From the NCBI RefSeq assembly GCF_009914755.1, contig NC_060941.1: DNA of 64,000 nt. One strand, given 5' to 3'. Source of the DNA: the human T2T-CHM13v2.0 reference genome, Homo sapiens. The translations under genes and the position numbers were made by a program. The notes beneath the pieces were generated by a model that saw only the letters and a program-made list of their open reading frames with translations, had not been told where the DNA came from and ran no database searches. Shown piece after piece: positions 44,256-64,000 of the stretch (within the stretch, counting starts at the first letter, position 1; every line of letters begins with the position of its first letter).

Positions 44256-44624
44256 GTAAGTTAGGGGTGTTTTTTAAAAAGGTTGCAGTAAGAATACAAG
44301 ATGAGGTAGTAACTGGACACATTTAGTGCATTTAAGATTTTAGTACATTTTAGTAACTTAAGTAACACTCAATGTAGTTTAAATTTACCTAAAAATTGAA
44401 ATACTAAAATGGAGGGTCTGGGGAATTGCTAGGAGCAATGGATGAATCAATAGTCAGAGTGAACTTTTACAGCAATTCAAATATCTGATTGTTCTAAATG
44501 CATGGTATAAAATAATACCACCTTCAGTTAAGATGACTCTGGCCTTGTCTTTTCCAATGCCATTTTTTTTTCATATCCGAGTACTGTGAAAGCTGGCATG
44601 TGTATGTGTTGGAGGAAGGGAAGG

Positions 44625-45168
<544 letters not shown>

Positions 45169-45212
45169 TTAGAAATAGACCTATTTCAATGACAATCAAA
45201 ATTATCCTCTAG

Positions 45213-45548
<336 letters not shown>

Positions 45549-45740
45549 TAATTGAAGTTCTCTGTAGATCTTTTCACTGTGGAACACCAAAACTCTAGAT
45601 AAGACTCACTCTTGGAGACATTGATAGTTTCACAAAAAGTATGGACTGGATCTAGAACAGAAGGTGAGAGGATTACCCTGAAGGCAAAAGCCAAGCTTCA
45701 TACTGCCATTAGAACCCTGAGCTTGAACCAGCTACAGAGT

Positions 45741-46298
45741 TGTCAAAGGCATTTGAATCAGAGCAACTCCATCTTGAATAGAGGCTGGGTGAAATAAGGC
45801 AAAGCCTGCTGGGCTGCATTCCCAGTAAGTTAAGGCATTCTAAGTCACAAGAAAAGACTGGAGGTCAGCATAAGATACAGATCATAAAGACCTTGCTGAT
45901 AAAACAGGTTCCAGTAAAGAAGCTGGCCAAAACCCACCAAAACTAAGATGACCACTAGAGTGACCTCTGGTCATCCTCACTGCTACACTCCCACCAGCAC
46001 CATGACAGTTTACAAATGCCAAGGCAACATCAGAAGTTACCCTATATGGTCCAAACAGGGGAGGTATAAATAAATATTCCATCCCTTGCTTAGCATATAA
46101 TCAAGAAATAACCATAAAAATGGGCAACCAGCACACGTCGGGGTGGCTCTGTCTATGGAGCAGCCATTCTCTTTATTCCTTTACTTTCTTAATGAACTTG
46201 CTTTCACTTTACTCTATGGACTGGCCTTGAATTCTTTCTTGCACGTAATCCAAGAACCTTCTTTTGGGGTCTGAATTGGGACCCCCTTTCTGGTAACA
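45741..46298 (+). mobile_element. ERV1 solo LTR, MER41A-like
   Basis: tgtcaaaggcatttgaatcagagcaactccatcttgaatag...gaccttgctgataaaacagg...tttctggtaaca; 558 bp. Confidence 0.85.
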
Positions 46299-46539
46299 GA
46301 GAGCAGAAAGTTGAAGCTGGAACTGTGATGATGAGCTGAGACTCTGCAGTTCAGCAGAGACTTTTTAATACCGCCAAAATCAACTAATCTCTAGAGGAAA
46401 CATATCCAATTTAGGCATAACCAATTAGGCCACAGAGATGAAATTCTACCAATGATCTCAGAATCAATATCGCCAAGCTCATATAAAGGCAAATCCCTTT
46501 AAGTAAAATCAGCAGACACAAATAACAGAAGAGTTGGCT

Positions 46540-48450
<1,911 letters not shown>

Positions 48451-48969
48451 TTCTCACTAACCCTTTTATTTTTTTTCGCAGTGTTGTTGAGGCTGTAATG
48501 GGGTATAGGGGTCAGGGGAATGAGAGGAACTTAAATATTATTCATTCCCTTACGTGTACCAAATACTCTATAGTCAAGGTAACACTCATATTATATGAGC
48601 TAACTTTTTCAGCTATCTCTACCCTTCAAAGACAACAGATCCTTTTAGTGATTAAAAAAAAGTAAGGAAAGAAAGAAAGGAAAAGAAAACAGGAAGGAAG
48701 GAAGGAAGGTAGGTTGGTTGATTGAATTTTGGGTTTTCTTTCTCTTCAAATGCAGGAAGTTTTCTTTTACAAGGTTCCCTTCCAAAATAGTCTTAATAGT
48801 CTTTCTAAGAAATGCGTATGCATTGCACAAACCAATCAGCCGGCCTCCTGGAGTTAGCCAGCCAGTTCCCTGAAGTCAGGCAGCTAGTTTGCACTTTTTA
48901 AGCTGTTTCTTAGTATTTCAAGCATAGATGTTCAATCATGCTAATGCCACTCTTTCTATATAATTGTGT

Positions 48970-49550
48970 CTCTAAGACTCCTCATGTTGTGGGTGAAAGA
49001 AAACTTATCTCAAACTGGCTTACATAATAAAGGGGATTTGTTGACTTCCATAACAGAAAGTTCATCTATACGGAGGGCTTCAGCATTCATGAACTGATAG
49101 TTAGAAGGTGTCACCAAATACATACTTTTTTCTACTGCCTTACTCTGCGTTCATGACATTGGCTTTATCTAAGTCTGACTCCCCTCCATTTCCACTTCCA
49201 GACCCCATGGTCATGAAAGGCTTCTAATATAAATAAGGCCATGTGTTTCTCCATTCTTGTTAAACAGGAGAAAGAATGTGTCTGATCCAGCATTCAAAAG
49301 TACAGTACCAAGACTCGCCCTGACTGGTTGGCTTAAGTTACATACCCAATCTTGAACCAATGGCCATGGCCAATTGATAATGTATCCTTAATGGTTTAAC
49401 CAACCAGGACCCACCACTTAAGCTAAGGTAGGTTTATGTTTACCCAAAAGGTGCTGGCTGTGTTGAGAAGGTGTGAACAAAGGTGAATCTCAGACTTGTT
49501 AGAAAGTGAAAATGTTTGGATAGGAACCAACAATGCTCACTAGAAGCAGT
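48970..49550 (-). mobile_element. MLT1J/K-like LTR
   Basis: ctcaaactggcttacataataaaggggatttgttgact...cttgaaccaatggccatggcca. Confidence 0.55.
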
Positions 49551-49642
49551 TATTTTTCAAGCATGGGTGAGGCCTTCCTCTTAATTCCTCATGGAGTTAA
49601 AGACCTGAAAAATAACAGAACACAGAAAATTTACAAACTAGA

Positions 49643-52437
<2,795 letters not shown>

Positions 52438-53640
52438 CAAGGTAAACCTTAAAAAGAATGGATCCTAGATATGACTGTTGTTGAACTCCATAGGCCAATC
52501 TCTACTACACAGAAAATCCTTTGTGCCGGTTCCTTCTAAATGTTACTGTGCATACATGTCTTTGGACACTTTGTGAAAATGCTGATTCTTTGAATAAGGC
52601 CTGAGATTCCACAATTCTAACAAGTTCTTAAGTGATTTTGATGATGTTGATCTGGCGGCCACACTTTGACAGCTTCTCTCCTGATCTCCTATTCACCCCC
52701 AAAGTGCTCACCTCAGAGAAAAAGGTAACCTTGAGCTTGTCTCTTCTTATAGGAAACTAATTTCCATTTCCTTAATTCCTACTGAAAAAAATACAAATTC
52801 TTAAAATGAAACACTTGGCAGAGTTTTGTGTTCACCTCCAAGCAAGACAAACTTCATATAATTTTGAGAAAAGTTTAACTCCATATTGCTTTCAATCTTT
52901 CCCTCCTGAATAAGAATATTTCCTTACCATGAGATATTTTTAAAAGTACTTAAAGTGTCTTTTCCAAAAACAAAGATGCATATTTCCTCAATGATTAATT
53001 TCAACTTCCTCAGCCAGGAGAAAAACCGAAAATACTACCAACAATAAAAACTGCAAAAACCAAAGCTTTAAAATGGCGTTTTTCACACGCATTCAATAAT
53101 TTTAAATTACAGGATCTGGTCTCAATAGGAACATATGCAGTGTGTATGTGTGTGTAATATATACACACATATGTAACTGTATAGGTATATTTGCACATTT
53201 ACACATGCATGCTTACTAGAACAAATAATGCCAATAACTTAGGACACGCTTACTCTTCCTACTCTTTCTATTTTTTTCTTTTTCTTTTTTTCTTTGAGGC
53301 ATTTAGTGGCTGGTCAGGGAATCTGAATACCATTTATTGTAAAATTTCTATTTTAGTATGCCTTTCAGTTCTAAGCAACTAACTTACCAACTTTTCAAAC
53401 ACAATTTGTCTGCGTAGAGAAGACCAGCACACAGGAAGAAAACAATAACAGAGGCAGCATTGCAGTTCTCAGGTACACACAGGACAACCGAGGCATGGTA
53501 AGTGAAATATATAACCAACTTTCTCATAAAAAGTAAGTTTGTAACAAATATGAGAGCAGAATTCGGTGATATTTGTTCATGATTATTCTATTTATACTGC
53601 TTATTTAATGCAGAGTTTTGAATATTTGTTTCTCTTGCAT

Positions 53641-54073
53641 TGTATTAGTCAATTCTTGCATTTCTATAAAGAAATAACTGAAACTGGCTAACATATGAAA
53701 AAAAGAGTTCTAGTTGGCCCGTGGTTCCACAGGCTGTACAGGAAACATGACGCTGGCATCTTCTGAGCTTCTTGGGAGGCCTCAGGAAACTTACAATCCT
53801 GGTGGAAGGTGAAGAGGGAGCAGACACAGTCACATGGTCAGAGCAAGAGCAAGTGAGAGAGCAAGGGGGGAGATGCCACACACTGTTAAACAACCAGATC
53901 ACAAGAAAACTCACTCACTATTGTAAGGACAGTACAAAAAGGGATGGTGCTATATCATTCATGAGAAATCCACCCCCATGATCCAGTCACCTCCCACCAG
54001 GCCCCCACCTCTGACATTGGGGATTACAATTCGACAGGAAATTTGGGTGGGAACACATATCCAAACTATACCA
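53641..54073 (-). mobile_element. MSTA-like solo LTR
   Basis: tgtattagtc...gaggcctcaggaaacttacaatc...atccaaactatacca; TSD tgcat/tgcac. Confidence 0.85.
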
Positions 54074-54624
54074 TGCACTCCAGATAATATTTACTTAGCA
54101 ACAGAAAAAAAAAAAAAAAAAACCCTTAAGCCCAAATCTGAGAGAGCGTATGCTTCTAAGGGAGGGCTTTTCATTGAATCTCGAGGCTATAGAAGTGCCT
54201 TTTCCGATGTGGATGGCACTGCTTTATTCATGAGGCTCTCATACTGGTTCTGCCTTTGTCTGTAATTAAAGGTCCAAAAGCTGGCTTTATATATCACTCA
54301 AGGCAACTGTAAAACATAAGTATATTTCCCCTCTGTTTAAATAACTGGAATAATTTGTCCCATAATCACATTGGTCTCTGTGAGCTCTTGAAGTTTTATT
54401 AAGGTATAACCCGCGAGTCACACTAATACTTGGTTTTGAAGCTTGATTCTCATAGTACTTTTTAAAAATATGAATCCTAACTTTGTGTAACTTTAAAGAA
54501 TGAACAGATTTGAAGACACATCACCATGGAAATCAGAAGGTCTTGGCATATCCCTCTAATCTGAGCATGGCCTACGCAGCATTGGTCATGTGTTAGGTAA
54601 AGAGGCAAACAGGCAGGAAAATGC

Positions 54625-54870
54625 CTTGGCTAAAAACATACACTATGGACTGTCTGGGTATAAATCCTGGCTTTGTCATCTACTAACTAGTTACAGGATC
54701 TTGCGAAATATGCTTAAAATATTTGGACTTCAGTTTCCTCCTCTGGGAAACAAAGAAAATGAGGTACAGTTTTTAGGGATGTTGGTAAACAAAATGTGTG
54801 AATAAATGCAACACCCTTAGAAAAGAAACTGACACATAGTAAGCACTCAATAAATGTCAGAAATTGTTAT
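54625..54870 (+). mobile_element. MIR
   Basis: cttcagtttcctcctctg...gacacatagtaagcactcaataaatg. Confidence 0.7.
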
Positions 54871-54880
54871 TGCTGCAGTT

Positions 54881-55113
54881 CAGTGGTTCTCAAATGGGAG
54901 TAATTTTACCCCTCCAGGGACATAAGGCAATGTTAGAAGACATATTTAAGTGTTGAGACTGAGGGCAGGAAATGCTACTGATAACTAATGGGCGGAGGCC
55001 AGCGATGCTACTAAACATCCTACTTGCTGCCGCCACCACCACAACCACCACCACCACCACCAACAAAAGATTATCCAGCACGAATGTCAACAGTGCTGTG
55101 GTGCACAAACCCT
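54881..55113 (+). mobile_element. MER20 hAT MITE
   Basis: cagtggttctcaa...cctccagggacataaggcaatg...gaggccagcgatgctactaaacatccta...aatgtcaacagtgc. Confidence 0.8.
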
Positions 55114-56722
55114 CCTATAGAATAAAATGTTTCTTGTGTATCAAATATACATCTCAGAAATAAATTACAATAAATGGGTAAAAATTGAGACACTCTCTAC
55201 TCTTAACCTCTTTTACTGTGTTCTCTATACAGTAGGAAGCATATATTGCTTCCTTTAAGTATAGCAAATACTGTATACAGAAAAGTACCTATATAATAAG
55301 TGTACAACTAAAGATTTTCACAAACACACCCATACAACATCCAAATAAAAAGGTAGAATTTTAATAGGACTCTAGTTGTAGTTCTGCCTAAAAGTAGCCA
55401 CTTTTCCTGACCTGAAGCATCACATACGATTTTTGTGTGTTTATGTTTATACTCTATAAACATTAAGTATTTTTGTGACTAGTCTTATTCATATTCTTGC
55501 AAGTAGTTATAGTTTGTTCAATTCTCATGGCTGGGTAGTATTCCGTTGCCAAAACACACCAGAAATTATCCATCCATTCTTTATTCTGGTGGGTTTCAAC
55601 TTTGGACTATTTTGAATAGCACAGCTGTGTGCATTCCAATACACAACTCTGAGTAAACAAATATATGAGTTTTTATTGGGTATGTACAGCATAACCTTTG
55701 GAAAGTAATGGAAAATCCAGCCATGATTTCCCATTACAGTTCAAACAAAATCCAAGATCCTTTAAGAGGTCATACTTCCTAGTTTGCTTGAGATAGTGCC
55801 AACTTGTGTTTGTCCTGACATTTGCCATCACTCTCGAAAGTGTTCCACTTTAGAAAAGAAATGATGTGTATTGTCTACTAGATACCATCTTACCTAATCT
55901 GCTCCATTTATTTCCTGAATCTTTGCTGGAAGATCTTCCATTGCTCACCCGACCCCAGTCACACTTCTCTTTCCAGGTTCCGAAATTTGCCATATATTTT
56001 TCATGACTCAATCCTTGTCTTATACATCTATTCTTCACTCGGGGCATGGTTGGTACTTTTCCGTCTTTTAGTTCTGAGTTTAAATGTCAACTCCTTGGAG
56101 GGGCAATGCCTAGTCAGGCTATGAATATTCTTCCCTCATTCTCACACTTACTGTGCCTGCACACTCTTACCTTCATAGTATTTAGTACACTAAGCATTTA
56201 TTTATGTATTTAAGTGTTTATTATGCTTCCCCTGGCTCCTACTAGAAAGTCAACTCCATTAGGCTAAAAATGATGTGTTTATCACTTCTGAGTAGCCAGT
56301 AAATATCTGTTAAATGTATAGATAAATGAATTAGCAAAAATAGACAACCAAGTAGGAAATCAGAATCTTGCTTCTAAATCATCATGTTTGGTCCTTTAAT
56401 GCAATTTCTTCACAAACAATTGCAAAGACAGTAAACAAGCGAAACAAGATGCTTCTAGGCTAAAAAAATAAAAAAGAATGCATAAGAAAAGGAAAAAAAT
56501 AGTACTTTATTTATTTTTTTATTATTATTATACTTTAAGTTTTAGGGTACATGTGCACAATGTGCAGGTTAGTTACATATGTATACATGTGCCATGCTGG
56601 TGTGCTGCACCCACTAACTCGTCATCTAGCATTAGGTATATCTCCCAATGCTATCCCTCCCCCCACCCCACAACAGTCCCCACAGTGTGATGTTCCCCTT
56701 CCTGTGTCCATTGTGTTCTCAT

Positions 56723-60545
<3,823 letters not shown>

Positions 60546-60608
60546 TATGATGTTAGCTGGTTATTTTGCTCGTTAGTTGATGCAGTTTCTTCCTAGTCTC
60601 GATGGTCT

Positions 60609-61627
60609 TTACATTTTGGCATGATTTTGCAGCGGCTGGTACCGGTTGTTCCTTTCCATGTTTAGCACTTCCTTCAGGAGCTCTTGTAGGGCAGGCCTGT
60701 TGGTGACAAAATTTCCCAGCATTTGCTTGTCTGTAAAGTATTTTATTTCTCCTTCACTTATGAAGCTTAGTTTGGCTGGATGTGAAATTCTGGGTTGAAA
60801 ATTCTTTTCTTTAAGAATGTTGAATATTGGCCCCCACTCTCCTCTGGCTTGTAGAGTTTCTGCCGAGAGATCCACTGTTAGTCTGATGGGCTTCCCTTTG
60901 AGGGTAACCTGACCTTTCTCTCTGGCTGCCCTTAACATTTTTTCCTTCATTTCAACTTTGGTGAATCTGACAATTATGTGTCTTGGAGTTGCTCTTCTCA
61001 AGGAGTATCTTTGTGGCGTTCTCTGTATTTCCTGAATCTGAATGTTGGCCTGCCTTGCTAGATTGGGGAAGTTCTCCTGGATAATATCCTGCAGAGTGTT
61101 TTCCAACTTGGTTCCATTCTCCCTGTCAGTTTCAGGTACACCAATCAGACGTAGATTTGGTCTTTTCACATAGTCCCATATTTCTTGGAGGCTTTGCTCG
61201 TTTCTTTTTATTCTTTTTTCTCTAAACTTCCCTTCTCACTTCATTTCATTTATTTCATCTTCCATCGCTGATACCTTTTCTTCCAGTTGATCACATCGGC
61301 TCCTGAGGCTTCTGCATTCTTCACATAGTTCTCGAGCCTTGGTTTTCAGCTCCATCAGCTCCTTTAAGCACTTCTCTGTATTGGTTATTCTAGTTATACA
61401 TTCTTCTAAATTTTTTTCAAAGTTTTCAACTTCTTTGCCTTTGGTTTGAATGTCCTCCCGTAGCTCGGAGTAATTTGATTGTCTGAAGCCTTCTTCTCTC
61501 AGCTTGTCAAAGTCATTCTCCATCCAGCTTTGTTCCGTTGCTGGTGAGGAACTGCGTTCCTTTGGAGGAGGAGAGGCACTCTGTTTTTTAGAGTTTCCAG
61601 TTTTTCTGCTCTGTTTTTTTTCCCCAT
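60609..61627 (-). pseudogene. L1 ORF1p remnant
   Basis: ATG at 61627 followed by an A8 run (6 in recalled consensus), TGA at 61236-61238; segments MENDFD... and ...RYQPLQNHAKM. Confidence 0.92.
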
Positions 61628-64000
61628 CTTTGTGGTTTTATCTACTTTTGGTCTTTGATGATGGTGATGTACAGATGTGTTTTTGGTGTGGATGTCCTTT
61701 CTGCTTGTTAGTTTTCCTTCTAACAGACAGGACCCTCAGCTGCAGGTCTGTTGGAGTACCCGGCCGTGTGAGGTGTCAGTCTGCCCCTGCTGGGGGGTGC
61801 CTCCCAGTTAGGCTGCTCAGGGGTCAGGGGTCAGGGACCCACTTGAGGAGGCAGTCTGCCCGTTCTCAGATCTCCAGCTGTGTGCTGGGAGAACCACTGC
61901 TCTCTTCAAAGCTGTCAGACAGGGACATTTAAGTCTGCAGAGGTTACTGCTGTCTTTTTGTTTGTCTGTGCCCTGCCCCCAGAGGTGGAGCCTACAGAGG
62001 CAGGCAGGCCTCCTTGAGCTGTGGTGGGCTCCACCCAGTTCGAGCTTCCCAGCTGTGCTAGCAATCAGCGAGACTCCGTGGGCATAGGACCCCCCGAGCC
62101 AGGTGCAGGATATAATCTCCTGGTGCGCCATTTTTTAAGCCCGTCAGAAAAGTGCAGTATTCGGGTGGGAGTGACCCGATTTTGCAGGTGCCATCTATCA
62201 CCCCTTTCTCTGACTAGGAAAGGGAACTCCCTGACCCCTTGCGCTTCCTGAGTGAGGCAATGCCTCACCCTGCTTCGGCTCACGCACGGTGCGTGCACCC
62301 ACTGACCTGCGCCCTAGTCAGTGACTGTCTGGCACTCCCTAGTGAGATGAACCCGGTACCTCAGATGGAAATGCAGAAATCACCCGTCTTCTGCATCGCT
62401 CACGCTAGTTGCTGTAGACCGGAGCTATTCCTATTCGGCCATCTTGTCTCCTCTCCCCAAAAATAGTACTTTAAAAGAAGAATTATGTAACCCAGCTATA
62501 ACTAGGACATCCAAGTCCAGTCTTAGTAGATTCTCACATTCATTCAATACCCACAGTGTTAAAAATTAATTAAATGTCTTGAGTTTATTGAGGTCTCTAG
62601 AAGACATACCAACTATAAATTGTGTTCTATGACAAATGGAAGTGCTTGCTAAATAACAGTAGATAACACTTGCTGGGCAGTAATTCTGAACATAATCAGC
62701 ATTTTAATGTATCCCTCTCCCTGAAGGGCCTCCAGATTACCTCCTGCTTTCCACGAGAATCTCATTTTTCTCTGCTTTTTTCCCTGCTTTCATGAGACCT
62801 CACTGTTTCTTTCTTATCTTCATAACCTAATGATGTAGTCTATTCAATTTTTCTAATAATATGTCTTATCATTCTCTCATGTTTAAATTTTTTTAAAACC
62901 TGTAATCTTGATGAGAAATGTCAAGTGACAGAAGACTCTAGCAGCTCAATGAGGCTGTGTTGGAATGAAGAAAGAAGAAAAAGATGTTTTTGTTTATTTG
63001 GTTGCTTGGTTGTTTTTTGTATTTTTTAAAGTAAGAACTACCATCTTTTCTATTACTTTTTCCTTGTTAACTCACACCCTTCATGTGTAGGGGGAGGCCA
63101 TACTAGCAAGAAGAGAGAAAACTGTCGTACAAATGAGAAGATGTAGAAGGAAGGATTGATAGGGGGTGATAGGGTCATATTTATTTTTTTGTTGTTGTTG
63201 TTCAATGGAACAATAAGCATTTGGAGTCTTTCACAGATGATGAAAGAGACTTGAGAAACAATAAACGGATTAAAATCCAAAAAAAAGATAATATTTTATT
63301 CAGGGAAAATGGAAAGAATAAGAATGCTCACCTTGGTATTTATGTTTTTTGGGAAAGCAGCAATGATGAATCTCTCAACAGAGTGACAAAAATGAGGAGA
63401 AGCCCTCTTTCAATGCAGAAATTGTGCTATAGGAAAGAGCAAGCAGGGGTAGAGGGATGAATCCCCTTTAGGACTCACTTCTTCCAAATATTCAGATCTT
63501 CTTTCCTTTAGGGAAGGTTACCTATGGGAAGGATGGTAACACTACTTCTTTTTCCTAATTCATTGACAATTTTTAAGATTTTTTTCCAGGTCTTTTCTTC
63601 TATCGCTGTTATATAAACAACTATTTCCATTTTTCTTTGGTGTATTTATATTAGTTATTCATTTGATTTTAAAAAGTGCCTTCTCTGAGACTCTTATGAT
63701 GGTATTGTGAGCACAGCCAACTCAGGTGAGGGATTTCTGCTCATGGGTGGTGACTTCAGGGTCCTATCTACCTCCCGACATTTGAGTCATTGTCAGATCT
63801 CTGGAAAGTCACCCTTAGAACTGTGCACACATCACCCTAGTAGGAAGGAGAAATGGAAGGCCAACTCTTGGAATTCTGACCATATCTTAGTTGTAAAAAC
63901 TACTTTTTGACCCACCAAAATTTAGAACCTATTTCTAAGGAAAGAGATCACATGATTACTGTATTTTAAAGAGGGAAGGGAAAATGGAACAAATGTCTAT

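Overview
Primate (human-like) nuclear DNA, AT-rich, dominated by interspersed repeats (Alu, L1, L2, MIR, MaLR/ERV1/ERVL LTRs, hAT/Tigger MITEs). I recognise no host protein-coding exon; the long ORFs are L1/ERV remnants, Alu read-through or simple-repeat artefacts. Main structures: (1) a U6 snRNA retrocopy split at its ACAGAGA box by a near-full-length L1PB1-like element (8.9-15.8 kb), inside a ~5-tier nested stack; (2) a full-length L1PA3/PA2-like element (56.5-62.5 kb, minus strand) lacking the 129-bp ZNF93 segment, with an additional ~86-bp deletion removing the ORF0 start and part of the antisense promoter; (3) several templated-insertion or template-switch scars, two containing strong transcription-factor motifs (PU.1:IRF composite, SOXE dimer); (4) a candidate TATA promoter plus a 32-nt micro-exon near 43-44 kb. 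I see no evidence of a new multi-gene system. Repeat subfamily names come from my recall of consensus sequences and need RepeatMasker/Dfam confirmation; old-element boundaries are approximate.
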